64,000 nucleotides of DNA from the human T2T-CHM13v2.0 reference genome, Homo sapiens (GCF_009914755.1 NC_060938.1); one strand, 5' to 3'. Positions 30,829-47,778 are shown, numbered from the stretch's first letter. The notes: generated by a model from the letters alone, not told the origin. Numbers and translations are program-made.

Positions 30829-31834
30829 TGATGCAGGATATTTTCTTGACCCCTTTGTGGGGTGTATGACAGGGGTGCCTCGTTTACTCAGCCTGCCCCG
30901 CTTAACCCCTTGTGGGAGGGAGAGAGTGTGCAAACGAGTACAGGAACCCAACTGCAGGAACTGGCCAGGGGCCCGGCAGTTTACTTGGGTAAACTTACTA
31001 TTTACTTTGGTCTGCCTGGCTCCACCCCTCGCAGGAGGGAGCATGCAAGTGAGTGAGTGCAGGGACTGCCAGCTGCTTCAGCGATGACAGGAGTAAACTC
31101 CCTTCAGGCCCTGTGGCAGCATCCAGGTAGGGGTTTCTACGACCCCAAGGCCCCAGGGGGTATGTTGCAATGCTGTCTTAGCTCCATTGTCTGCAGACAT
31201 CAGTGTGTTATCAGCTCAGTGTGTCCTTTGCCTCATTGCATTGGGTGGCTGCCCTCTGCCAGTGAGGGCAGAGGGCCAGTATGACAGACTTTTTGGGTAC
31301 CGGCATGTGGTACATCCCAAATTCTTGTCTGGTGCCCAAGAGAAATGAGGTCATGCAGATGAACTGAAGGATGGTGAATATAGAGAATTTTATTGAGTCG
31401 TGAAAGCAGTTCTCAGTGGAGAGGGGAGCGAGAAAGGGAGCGGGAAGGGCAGGTTGCTCTCCCCTGAAGTCAAGCCACCTCTCTGCCTCTCTCTTCTGAA
31501 GTCAAGTTGCCTCATCCAGCCGGTGTCTCTGAAGTTAAGTCCTCTCTCTTTGATATCCAGCCACTTCTCCCCTCTGCCGGCTGAGTCTGGGGTCTTTATA
31601 GGCACAGAATGGGGGTTGGGACGGGCCATAGGTAGTTTTGGAAAAGGCAGCATTCGATTGGTAAAAAGATATTATTGAGAAACAACCAATTGGGAGAGAG
31701 CGGGCACACAGGGATGGAAGTTTTCACTTTGGGCCACCGATTTCAGACTTTTCCACTCGAAGTTGGGATTTTGCCAGTGACTTGCCCCTGTCTGCCTAGA
31801 GTGTCTCTGCCTCCTCTGCCTCCTGTTGCTGTCA
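30829..31834 (-). mobile_element. ERV1 solo LTR of the LTR1/LTR28/MER52 (HUERS-P) group
   Basis: TGA...TCA termini, perfect 4-bp TSD aaac, GC-rich body, minus-strand CCAAT, TATAAA and AATAAA. Confidence 0.85.
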
Positions 31835-32218
31835 AAACCACTTTCAAATGTGTATTCTTAAAGTTTCATCTTATGCATTAGAATATTTAATCTTTGATAA
31901 TGGCATTTATCTGGCACCTTATATTTACTGTATTTATTAATTATTGATTCCTGAGTCTCCTGAAAGTGTCTGGATATGGTTAATATGAGAGGATGTAATA
32001 ATCAGAATGCCGTTAACTAGCATAATTTCAAAAATATTTTCTTGAACCCTGTTGTGTCTATTTGACTATTTTAATATGAACTAAAAATGTTAGCATTTCT
32101 TATTTGAGGTGAAATTATAAAGAAAATTTGTTTCCAGGGTTCACTTCATCCTCCTTAAAAGTAAAGTATTTTGTTTCCTCACTCTCATGTTATATACCTC
32201 AGTCTGGATTAGAACTAA

Positions 32219-32635
<417 letters not shown>

Positions 32636-33744
32636 CACACCATCCTCTTATATTATTTCTAGCCTAAAACATTCTGCTGTGGCTGATAAACAGTTACTAT
32701 GACTACCTTTGTTTTTGAAAGTATCAGGATAAATAGTATCACCTGGGCTAGGAAATATAAATTTATCTAATAACAGTAGAAATGAAGTTTGTAGAATGAC
32801 CTGACAAACTGGTAATCTGGATTCTAAAACCTTTGGCAGTAGAATTGAAGATTAATTTTTGTCCTCTTCAGGCTCTGTGGGGTTTTTTTACCCTTTTGGA
32901 ATGATTATTTTAACTGGGTTAGAGAAAGTATACACAGAGATGAACACATGCACATACATATGCAAAATGAAAAGTTGTAATTTTGATGTGTTTTGATTTT
33001 AAATATAGATTTGCTATAATAAAAACTACATCTTTTTATTTGGATGTGAGTGTGTATAGTTTGAAGATTAAACATACTTATTAATCATTGCTTTGACAGC
33101 AGCAATATTCACTTAGAACTCTTGATATTATCATATAATTTTATAGTATTCTTTCCAAAATTGTTAATTCATTTATAGCAGTTATCCAAACCATTGTTCT
33201 GTAGGAGGACTGTCTTCCTTTCTTACATGATCAGCTATTTTAATGTTACTGAAGTTTTTAAGAGCCATCTTTCTTTCATTCTTCAGGTTTTTGAAGGAGA
33301 TGATGGTATGGATTTGCAGAATAGTTAGGGGAGTTACTTATTTTTTAGATAATTTTCAACCAATACCTTTAGGGTAGCATAAGAAGAAACCAAATATACA
33401 AATATCCAACCTCAAGAATATCAACTACAGAATTCTTTGATGATATAACACTTTTTTTTTTAAATGAAATCATAGTTTAAAATGCATGGTTGTTTTCTCT
33501 CATAGGACTTGCTATATTCTAGTCTTTTGAGTTTTCCAAGCATGGTCTATCTAAACACTTACTGTGATATGTAGAATTTTCTTAAATTTTGTCTAGACTG
33601 TAGACATCCTAGTTAGCTCAGCAGCATAATTCGTAAGAGGAAGCTGTTATCATATTCCTTATAATCCTTTTAAAATTTGAGGGCTATACCATAAAATTGT
33701 TTACCAGTAATCTGTGCTGTTCCACAATAGAACACAATAAATAA

Positions 33745-33960
33745 TTTTGATAGGTAACATTTATTGAGCCCCTACTGTTTTGGAACATTTAGTCCTCAAA
33801 ATAAGTCTTTATGGTACTATTGTTATTTTCATAGTACAGATAAGGAAACAGAGCTTAGAAAGGTTAAATAACTTGCCCAGAGTCACACAGCTAGGAAAAG
33901 TTAAGAGTCACACAGTAAGACTCCTACTAAGTCTGTCTTCCTGTAAAAACTATAGTTTAA
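33745..33960 (-). mobile_element. MIR SINE
   Basis: acagataaggaaacagagcttagaaaggttaaataacttgcccagagtcacacagcta. Confidence 0.85.
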
Positions 33961-34072
33961 ATCTCTATATTATTTTTCTGGATAATGCAGCTAACCAGCA
34001 TTTTAAAAGGCGCTGATTTGAATGAGCTTTTCAGTGATGGTGGTGGATTAATCTGATTTATCCACACTATCA

Positions 34073-34389
<317 letters not shown>

Positions 34390-34605
34390 TCACAGAATGG
34401 CTTGTCTTGGAGTAAAGTCCATGATAGTGTAACAGAATTTTTTTTTTGGAGGCTTGGAAACTCTAAACATCTGTTATACAACATTGAGGACAGTAGCTCT
34501 AGTAGCACTGACTAATATGGACAACTAAATCAGTTTAACATTGAGCCAGGTATTTGTGACTCAGGCCATCTCACAGTGAATTTGTTCTTAATATGTTTTA
34601 ATTTA

Positions 34606-34896
<291 letters not shown>

Positions 34897-34946
34897 TTTT
34901 ATTATTCTATTATGTAACAGTCATACAGTTTGGCTGTATTTACTAA

Positions 34947-35246
<300 letters not shown>

Positions 35247-35523
35247 ACAGTTTTTTTATTCTGTTAAATAATAGTGATGTGGTTTGGCTCTATTTACTAT
35301 GTATACATCTATTTACTAATTTAGCTTTGAGTGTTTTTTGATAGAGATCTTTTTCTCATTTCTCCAGTTCAACTTCATTTTAATTACTGAATTATGGAGG
35401 AAAATAATGTGTTTTCATAGTAGTATAATTACTATTCCAAAGGCTGAAATATTATTGGAAGATATATTTTATTTAGAAGTTAAGTAAAAATTTACAAATA
35501 CTTTGATGGTTCTTGGAACATAT

Positions 35524-35814
<291 letters not shown>

Positions 35815-38709
35815 CAGAACATTTTTTAATAAGTCTCTGAACATAAAATTTAATTTCTGCCTGAGCCTTGTTTCCTACCTTATAAATGAGAAATAAGCAA
35901 ACACAGACTCAGTCATCAGCTTTAAAGTAAACAAAAAAAATATTTTCAGAATATGGTATCAGTATCAGGCATATAAATAAGATAATCATTTTTCTGAAAA
36001 GAAAGAGGAGAAAACTAAAACTCATTGAGCATTACCATGTTTCCCCCCATCTCCCTATACTTCTAACAGTGGTTCACCTCTTCTTCATCTTTATTGTAAA
36101 GCATTTCTTAAAAATTGAAGAAGTGCTTGAAAGGAGGCAAAAGTTCCTTTTTGAAAATTGATTTATTTCTTGGTTTGGTTATGAGTATTTTTAGAAATAT
36201 TTTAAATTCTTACTCATGCTAGGGAATGGCTGGTACAGGATGATAGGCAAGCTGCTTTAGTTTGGACCTATGTCATATAAAGGCCTTACAGCTCTGTTTC
36301 AGGAAGCCCATACTTAGATTCCAGGATACATTCCTGGGCCAGACATCTAGAGATACTCTTTGGTATGCAAGGTTTACAAGTCTGTTTTCAACATTTTGTC
36401 CTAAGTGTTCTGCTTCACTTCATAAACTAGTAATTGCAGTGTTATTATCATTTACCCTACCTTTGAACCTTATATTTAAAAGACTTACAGTAGTGTGAAT
36501 TGGCACATAACCAAGGTCTTTCCATTTCTTAATAAAGCCATTAACTACTTTCTTTATTTGGAAAAAGAGATTTACAATAATCGTTAATTTTATTAGGTCT
36601 GCTTAATACATATGCTCTAACAAAAATTCAGTAATCTGCTGTAAATCCAGTGCCATAAGATATTTTCACCAAAGATTCTTGCTCTTTTGAGTACATGAAG
36701 AAAATTAAATGTTACTGTTGAGAGAAATGTCATTGTAGTCTAGAAAATTTTTTCAGAAAACCGATAGATTTTAATAGTAGAGTAACTTGATAAACAGGAT
36801 TAGTATTGTACACTTTAGCCAAGTAAACGTAGAATAATGTGTCTAAATTCCCCACAACAATCCATTTCTTTCTTTAAAGATACTCATCTCTTAATGCAAA
36901 ACCTGTTTGTAAAAGATGTGTCAATTGGATTTTCCATTTACTTGTATTTCAGTTTACAAATGCTCTATTTTCACTTCACTGATTACTTTAGCTGGTTATA
37001 TGACAGAGCTTTGTTATTTTGTCCTGCCTTTACCACTTCATACTTCTTTTTCCTCCTAGCTCTAAGTAGTCAGTGATTTGTTTGTGTTACTTCATGTATG
37101 CAAAAAATATTAATGAAGCAACTACTATGTGTCGTGAGAATGTGTCATGTGCTAGGTATAGAATAGTGCCCTCACAGATTTGAATGTAGCGGGATAGAGT
37201 GACAAATAAGCGCTTACATTAAATAAGTGGTTATAGAAACAACTTACATTTAAATATCAGTAGGGGATGGGTTAAGAGATGATGATGTCTCCATGGGATG
37301 AATATTTTGCAGCTGTTAAAATATATAAAACATTTGTAAAAAATATGCATAAGACGATATTTGTAGTAACATGGGTTTCATGGGGACTAGACTTGTTATT
37401 ATGTATAATCTTGTACCTTAAAAAATTTATTCACATATTTTCAGCTAAACTCTAATAAGATTTAAAGAAAATTTGCAGCATATGGAATGAGCAAATAAGT
37501 AAGCAATTACATTTCCATTTAAAAAATCTGGAGATAAAACATTGAATTATTAATCACTCATTGCCCTGATTTGTACATTTTCTCCAAATTGCCTTCTTTT
37601 AACACATTTGAAGTGAGCACAGACAACTATTCGTTCTACATTGTTCTGTTGTTGGCTGCTGGATGATGCAACAGTAGTCTAGTATACACTTGTCAAAGTA
37701 AATATGGACACGGATTTCCTTGGAGAATTGAGCCAGAAACCTTTTTAATGTTGATATCATAGTATCTTAGAGCTGAATTTAGATACAGATTATCATATGT
37801 GATTATTCTGTTAAAACTGAGATTGTCGCTTGTCCCTTTTACCCCTTCTTGGTTTGTGTGTGAGTCTGAAAGTTATAGTAAATTTTGAAAATTATAAATA
37901 AATAAATTCACACTTTTGCACATTAGGTAAAATGGATATGTATAGTCATTAGAAGCTGTTTATTTGAATAAAGTGATATTTTCTTTCAATAGTGGAACTG
38001 GCTTCTCCATGTATCGAATTTGACAAACTCTTATAAAGCTTGACATTTGAATAAATACAATTATTTGTTGTGCTTTTGCTGGGAATATTTCAGTCCTATG
38101 GGTGACCACTTAAAATTCCAACCAAAACAAACAAAACTGCGTATCTATAATTTACTGAGTATAACTCTACCTTTCAGCCATATTAGTTTATATTTAGAAG
38201 TGGTCCGAATTATGTTAATCTTAGTAGTTTGTTGATATAATGCCACTATTACAGATTTTCTTTATAGATTGTTTAAAAAATTTTTTCTTATTATCATGTG
38301 AAACAAAATGATGTTATTTTAGCAGCTGAACTACTATGTAACCATGACTAAAAATTTAGTAGGTGATAGGCAACGGTGTTGGTTAATTTCTTCTGAATAA
38401 AAGACATGCTATATAATATTTTTACAGTAATATTCTAATAGTGTATTACTATATGATGCCAGAAGATCAGAATCAAATATCATTAATGATGAGCAACTAC
38501 TTATTTTTTATCTAATTTTATTAACGCGTTTCTGCTGTTAAAGAGTACTTCAAATATATATGTAAAGCTCAGAAAATAATATAACCCCATGTATTTCACT
38601 CAGATTGAACAAGTATTGATATTTTGCCATATTTGCTTCAGATTGCTAGAATAAAATACAGATGTAACCTTTTTTTTATCTTTTGAAGTTTTGATGGTTT
38701 TTAAAAAAA

Positions 38710-39064
38710 TTTTTTTTATATCCGTAAGTTTTTGGAGGACAGGTGGTATTCCGTTATATAAGTTCTTCAGTGGTGATTTGTGAGATTTTGATACACTCAT
38801 CACCCGAGCAGTATACGCTGAACCCAATTTGTAGTGTTTTATCCCTCACCTCCTTCCCACCATTTCCCCCGAGTCCCCAAAGTCCGTCGTATCCTTCCTA
38901 TGCCTTTGTATCCTCATAGCTTAGCTCCCACTTATGAGTGAGAACATAGGATGTTTGGTTTTCCATTTCTGAGTTACTTCACTTAGGATAATAGTCTCCA
39001 GTTCCATCTAGGATGCTGCAAATGCCATTAAATTCATTCATTTTCATGGCCGAGTAGCGTTCCA

Positions 39065-39117
<53 letters not shown>

Positions 39118-40399
39118 CTTTATCCACTCATTGATTGATGGGCATTTGGTTCCACATTTTTGCAATTGCGAATTGTGCTGCTATAAACATGCATGTGCAA
39201 GTATCTTTTTCGTATAATGACTTCTTTTCCTCTGAGTAAATAACCAGTAGTGGGATTGCTGGATCAAATGGTAGTTCTATTTTTAGTTCTTTAAGGAATC
39301 TCCACACTGTTTTCCATAGTGGCTGTACTAGTTTACATTCCCACCAGCATTGTAGAAGTGTTCCTTGATCACCACATCCACGCCAACATCTATTATTTTT
39401 TGAGTTTTTGACAATGGCCATTCTTGTGGGAGTAAGGTGGTATCACATTGTGGTTTTGATTTGCATATCCCTGATTATTAGTGATGTTGACCATTTCTTC
39501 ATATGTCTTTTGGACATTTGTGTATCTTCTTTTGAGAATTGTCTTATTCATGTCCTTAGCCCACTTTTTGATGCGATTGTTTTTTCCTTGCTGTGGATTC
39601 TGTATATTAGTCCTTTGTCAGATTCATAGTTTGCAGAGATTTTTTTCCCACTCTGTGGGTTGTGTTTATTCTGCTGACTGTTCCTTTTGCTGTGCAAAAG
39701 CTCTTTAGTTTAATTAAGTCCCACCTGTTTGTTTTTGTTACGTTTGCTTTTGAAGTCTTCGCCTAAGCCAATGTCTAGAAGGATTTTTTCCGATGTTATT
39801 TTCTAGATTTTTTTATAGTTTCAGGTCTTAGATTTAAGTCCTTGATCCATCTTGAGTTGATTTTTGTGTAAGGTGAGAGATGAGGTTTTATTCTGCTACA
39901 TGTGGCTTGCCAGTTATCCTGGCATCATTTGTTGCATAGGATGTCCTTTCCCCACTTTATGTTTTTGTTTGCTTTGTCGAAGATCAGTTGGCTGTAAGTA
40001 TTTGGGTTTTTTTCTGGGTTCTCTATTCTGTTCAGTTGGTCTTTGTGGCTATTTTTATACCACTACCACACTGTTTCGGTGACTTACGGCCGTATAGTAT
40101 GGTTTGAAATCAGGTAGTGTGATGCCTCCAGATTTGTTCTTTTTGCTCAGTCTTGGCTTTGGCTTTGTGGGCTCTTTTTTGGTTCCATGTGAATTTTAGA
40201 ATTGTTTTTTTCTAATTCTGTAAAGAATGATGGCGGTATTTTGATGGGGATTGCATTGAATTTGTAGATTTGGCGGTATGGCAATTTTCACAATGACCAT
40301 AAGCTCATTTTCTAATTGAGCTTCTTTGGATCTTCTCTCTTCTTTTCTTGGTTAATCTTGCTAATGCTCTATCAATTTTATTTATCTTTTCAAAAGAAC
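38710..40399 (-). mobile_element. L1PB1-like, 3' (non-inverted) part with an internal deletion
   Basis: L1PB 3' UTR; ORF 39128..39421 is the ORF2 C-terminus (CWRGC...[13 protein letters not shown]). Confidence 0.9.
39066..39113. repeat. (CA)24 microsatellite
   Basis: Seen directly. Confidence 0.95.
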
Positions 40400-41518
40400 A
40401 AAAATACAGTAAAAAAAAATCCAAGGTATACAGGCAACAGATAGGACGATGAATGGAATAGTACCTCACATCTTAATGTTAATATTGAATGTAAGTGGTC
40501 TAAGTGCTCCACTTAAAAGGTACAGAATTGCAGAATGGATTCGAATTCACAAACCAAGCATCTGCTGCCTTCACCTAAAACATAAGGATTGACATAAACT
40601 TAAGGTACAGGGGTGGAAAAAGACATTTCATGCAAATGGACACCCAAAGCGAGCAGGAGTAGCTATTCTTACATCAGACAAAACAAAAAACAACAGCAAC
40701 TAAAAAAGACAAAAGGCCTTGTTGGACAAGGCCTTTTACAATCCTAAACATATACAAGGCCTTGTAACAATCCTAAACATATACACACCTAACACTAGCG
40801 CTCCCAAATTTATAAAACAATTACTACCAAACCTAAGTAATGAGATAGACAGCAACAAAATAAGTAATAATAATAACTCCACTGACAGCACTAGACAGGT
40901 CATCAAGACAGAAAGTCAACAAAGAAACAATGGATTTAAACTCTACCCTGGAACAAATGAACTTAACAGATATTTATAGAACATTCTACCCAGCAACCAC
41001 AGAGTATACATTCTATTCATCAGCGCATGGAACTTTCTCCAAGGTAGACCATTTGATAGGCCACAAAACAAGTCTCAATAAATTTAAGAAAACTGAAATT
41101 ATATCAAGTACTCTCTTAGACCACAGTGGGATAAAACTGGAAATCAACTCCAAAGGAACCTTTAAAACCATGCAAATATATGGAAATTAAATAACCTGCT
41201 CCTGAATGATCATTGGGTCAACAATGAAATCAAACGGAAACTAAAAAATTCCTCAAACTGAACAATAATAGTGATACAGCCTATCAAAACCTCTGGGATA
41301 CAGCAAAGGCAGTGCAAAGAGGAAAGTTCTTAGCCTTAAATGCCTACATCAAAAAGTCTGAAAGAGCACAAGTAGACAATCTAAGGTCACACCTCAAGGA
41401 ACTAGAGAAACAAGAACAAGAACAAACCAGACCCAAACCCAACAGAAGAAAGGAAATGACCAAGATTAGAGCAGAACTAAATGAAATTGAAACAAAAACA
41501 ATACAAAAGATAAATGAA
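40400..41518 (+). mobile_element. L1PB1-like, 5' inverted part (ORF2 start and endonuclease domain)
   Basis: ORF2 ATG at 40449; ORFs 40930 and 41312 carry endonuclease motifs (LTDIYRTF, HGTFSKVDH, DHSGIKLEI). Confidence 0.9.
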
Positions 41519-42026
41519 GTATATATAACTTCTTAATCCCACTTTCCTTCCTCACTTTCCAGAGGAATTTTTATTCTGAGTGTTGTGCATACCTCCTGTC
41601 CACATTTTTATTCTTATATTATGTAAATAAGTGTGCATGAAAGCATGTTTTTATATCTTTTTAAAATTTGTAAGAATGTATCATCCTACATATATGTATG
41701 TTTTGCAACTTTTTTCACTCAACAGTGTGAAATTCATGTAAGATTATTCATGATTGATACTTGTAGGTATACTTTGTTCATTTTAACTGTAGATTAAATT
41801 ACCATATATGAATAACCACAATTTACTATTTATTCTCTATTAATGGACATCTAGTGTCTCCTTGTGGACATGTGCTAAAATTTCTTTAGGGTAATCTTAG
41901 AAGGATACATTCTCAGTCTTATTATATGTGCATTTTCAACTTTGGAGCAATTCAGCAATATTTTCTAAACAAATTATTCTAATATTACGTTCCTACCTTT
42001 AATGTATATGGGCTACCTTTAATGTA

Positions 42027-42440
42027 TGTTATGGGCTTAATTGCTTCCCCCACCCATCCAGATTCATATGTTGAAGCCCTAAACCCCAGTCCCTCAGATG
42101 TGATTGTATTTGGAGATAGTCCCTTTAAAGAGATGATTAAGTTAAAACCAGGTCATTAAGGTGGACCCTAATCCAATGTGATGGTGTCCTTATAAGAAGG
42201 GGTAATTTGGGCAAACAAAAGAGGGGAGGCTTGCAGACAGAGGAAAGACATGTTGAGGATACAGTTGAGAAGAGGCAGACTTCTGCAACCCAATGAGTGA
42301 GTCCTCAGAAGAAACCAAACCTGCTGATGCCTTAATCATGGACTTCTAGCCTCCAGAACTGTGATAAAATAAATTTCTGTTGTTTAAGCCACCCATTTTA
42401 TGGTATTCTGTTATGGCAGCCCTTAAAAACAAATTAATAT
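42027..42440 (+). mobile_element. MLT1B-like MaLR solo LTR
   Basis: tgttatggg...attcatatgttgaagccc...cctccagaactgtga...aataaatttctgttgtttaagccacc. Confidence 0.85.
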
Positions 42441-42713
42441 GTGAGATTTCCAGTTTCTCTGCATCCTTATCTCACTCAGTATCACACTTTTTAATTGTCG
42501 CCATTTTAATAGAGGAGAGAGTATCTCTGTTTCAATTTAAATATCCTGGTTACCAAAAATGCTGATCATTTCTCAGGATTACTGATGAATGAAGTCCTCT
42601 TCTATGAACTGCTAGTTCATATACTTTGTACATTTTTCTATTACATTGCCTTGCCTTTTTCTTACAGATTTGAAGGAGTTCTTTATAAAATCTATATAAT
42701 AATCCTACATTAA

Positions 42714-43085
<372 letters not shown>

Positions 43086-44490
43086 CAAAAATTTTTAAGT
43101 TTTAAGGCAGTCAGATTTATTAGTCTTTCTTTTTATGGTTTGGGCTTTTAAAAAAAAATCTTATTTAAGAAATTCTTTTCTCTCCCAAGATCATGAAGAA
43201 TGCAAAATTTCTTCTAAAATTTTTAAGTTTTGTTTGTAAGATTGTTTGAATTTTCTGTGAAACCATCTCTTATTGAATTATTTTTCCTTTCCATATTAAT
43301 TTAGAATGATACCTGTGTCATATGCTAAGATCTCTTTCTAGGTGCTTTATTCTGTTCCATTAGTCTTATCTGGCTTTGTGCCAATACTACACTGTTTCCA
43401 TTAGTAAAACTTTGTTTTGTTTTCTGATGGGGGGAAATCCTATTTTTTTTCTTATTTTGCAAAATGAACTAGCTTATTTTGGAGATTTTGCTTTTTCATA
43501 AGTATTTTAGGATCACTTTGCTAAATTTAATTAAAAAATCCTTTTGGAATTTTTATTAGAATTGTATTTAATTTATAGATCAATTTGGGAAACAACTACT
43601 TCTTCAGAAAATTTATAATTTTTTAATGTATGAGGTATGTTGCTGTTTGTTAGATTTATTCCTTGAAAGATTATGATTCTGCTGTTACTGTTGTAAATGT
43701 GATATTTTAAAAAACACATTTAGTAATTTGTGGTTGTTGTTGTATAGAGACTTTAATTTCTGTACATTGATATTGTATATAGTGATGTCCCTGAACTTTA
43801 TTAGTACGATTTGTAGATTATCTTGGATTTTCTGTATTAAAGTTTATATTATCTGAATAACATTTGTTTCTTCATTTTCTACACTTGTAAGTCTTACTTC
43901 TTTATCTTATTACCTCAGCTAAGGCCTTCAGTACAGTGATGAATAGAAGCATAGATGGCAGGCCTGTCTTCTATTGTTCTTAGATTTAAAAGGAATGCTA
44001 CTGATGAGTTGATCCATAGAATGTGATATTTATTATGAATTTCTAATATTCCTTACTGAATTAAAGAGTTTACCTTCCATTCATTCTTTCTTGTTAAGGT
44101 GTTTATAATGAATAAGTATTAAATTTTATCTAATGATTTTTTGTTTCCATTGAGATTGTAATTTTATTTTGTTTTAATTTGTTAATGTAATCAATTTAAA
44201 TTAATAGTTTTTCTAATCGTAAACCAATGTAGTATTCTTAGGATAAAGTTGAGATAGTCATGTATTTTTAAATATATTGCTGTATTTACTAATGGATCAT
44301 TTGGGAGTTTGAAAATAAGCTTATATTTGAATTAGTCTTTAATTTCTTTGTTATCCTTGTCTACTTCTATATCAATCTTATACTAATCTCAGGAATGGAA
44401 TTTTAGAATTTCCTCTCTTTTTATATTTCCTAGATTTTGATTCGATGTTTTATGAATATTTGTAAAACTCATATAAAAATGCTAGAACCT

Positions 44491-44853
<363 letters not shown>

Positions 44854-45709
44854 TTATTGAGTTCATTTTGTAGTTTAATTCCTCTAGAAAGTATGTTTTT
44901 TATGTTTTTAAAGCAAGTGCCTGAAAATATAGTAATTTTTGATATGTTTTAAAATTCCTTATCTGTTTGTGATTCTCTTTTCTTTCCTAATATTGTTTAT
45001 TTGTGCCTACGTTCTTTTTCTTAATTAAGATCTTTATTCTTTCCAATGTTCATGGCATAATTGTTGAAAGTATTTAAGAAAGGCAACCTGTTTTACATGA
45101 ATTATTAAGTGCATTTTTGATGGGAAAAGTTTAATTTCTCAGAGAGCCGTGTAATCATTTCATTTAGGCTACAACTCACTAGTTTTTCATATTCTGATTG
45201 CAAAGCAGTAATTTACTGGTTTTCATATTATGTTTTAATGCATTGAATTCCTTTAGAGTGGGGCTAATGTTTGGGTATTAGAATGGTACCTTTTTGTTTG
45301 AATAAAGATTTTCATCAAGTTTTTATTTGGGAGAATAATTTTTGAAATACATATCAAATCTCAGAAAAACTTAACATGTAGGCATCCTTAAAGGCTTTTA
45401 AAATAGGAATGAGGATCATCTACAGGAAACCCTAGTGATTAGCTGTTTCATGTTTTGTGATGTCAGATGTAAGCAGTGAACCAGGCCAGCCTATATAGCT
45501 ATTGCTGCAGCTGCACAGTCCAGCTTTCTTGGATTTACCTAATAACTAATGATGTCTAACGTCTTTTAGTGTGCTTAATTCGCCTTTTTGTCTTTTTTGT
45601 TCAAACATTTATTTAAATCTTTTTGCTTATGAGGTTTTTTCTTTTTTTTCCTGATGATTTGATACTTTATGTAGTCTGGATACAAGTCCTTTAACAGATG
45701 TAGGATTTA

Positions 45710-46048
<339 letters not shown>

Positions 46049-47090
46049 TCATTCTCTTAACTGTGTCTTTCTAAAAGAAGAGCTTTTAATTTTAGTGAAA
46101 TCCAGTTTATCAATTTTTTCTTTTGTGGATCACACCTTTCTGTCATAGCTAAGATAACTTTGCTGAACTGAGGGTCAGAAAGGTATATTTCTTGTTTTCC
46201 TCTTGTTGTGAAAACTGTCTGCTAAATTATCTTTGTGACTTTATTTAAAAAATAAATTGAGTGTCCATTTATGTGTGGGCCTATTCCCGGACTCTTTTCT
46301 GTTTCATTATGCTCTTTGTCATCTGTCTTTATACTAGTACCTCACTGTCTTGATTATTGTATGTAGTTTTATAATAGGTCTTTAAAAACTTTTTTTAAAT
46401 TTTTTAAATTTTTGTTCATTCATTCATTCATTCATTCAATCAGTCATTCAAACACCAACTCAAGCCAGATACAATAGGTCTTAATATCAGATGGTGTTTG
46501 CCTTTTAGTTTTATCTTTTTCTGATTTGTATTGAGTATTCTAGATGTTTGTGTTTCCATATGAATTTTATTACTGGCCTGACAATTTCTAAACAAATTCA
46601 GTGTTGTTTTATAATTTTAAATTTATAAGTCGTGCCCATCTTTTGCCAGATTGATACTTAATTTTTTTCATTTTTTTTTGCTATTGTAACTAATAATGTG
46701 GTTTAAAATATTAATTTCCAGTTGTTTTTTGCTAGAATATAGAAATGTAGAATATAGAAATATAGAATTGAATTTTGTATGTTGATGTTATATTCTGCAA
46801 CCTTGTTAAACAACATCAGATTTTCAACATAGATTATCATGTTATGTGAACCGAGGATAGCTTTGCTTCTTTCATTCCAATTTGAATGCCTTTGTTTCTT
46901 TTTCTTGCCTTGGTCTACTGGCTAGAATTTCCAATATCGTGGTGAGTAGAAGTGGTGAGAGAGGACATCTTGTTTTGTTTCTGATATTAGGGGCAATATA
47001 TTTATGCTTTCACCATTAACCTATGGTGTTAGCAGTAAGTTTTTAATAGATAATTGTTATCAGGTTGAGGAAATTTCCTTAATTTCCTAG

Positions 47091-47429
<339 letters not shown>

Positions 47430-47778
47430 TAGACTTTTGTTAAGTCCTTTTTCTGAGTGTATTCAGATAATGTGTTTTGTAAAATTTTGTTTAAAAAAAA
47501 TTTTGTCTATAGGAAGAATTACATTGATTTATTTTTTAATGCTAAGCCAATCTTGGATTTCTAGGATAAACCTTGGTTAACCATGATTTACTATCTACAT
47601 TACATATGGTTGGGTTTGGTTTGCTAAATTTTTTTATAATTTTTATATTGGTGTTCATGAGAGATACTGTTCTGTAATTTTTTTTCTTACTATATCTTTC
47701 TCTGGTTTGATATCCAGATAATACTAACTTTATAGAAAGAAGTAGTCCCTCTAGGTTTTTTTGCCCAGTGTGGCTACA

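Noticed and set aside
39128-41536. L1 ORF2-like ORFs as an active or domesticated gene
   Set aside because: They are fragmented by frameshifts, an inversion and deletion of the RT region.
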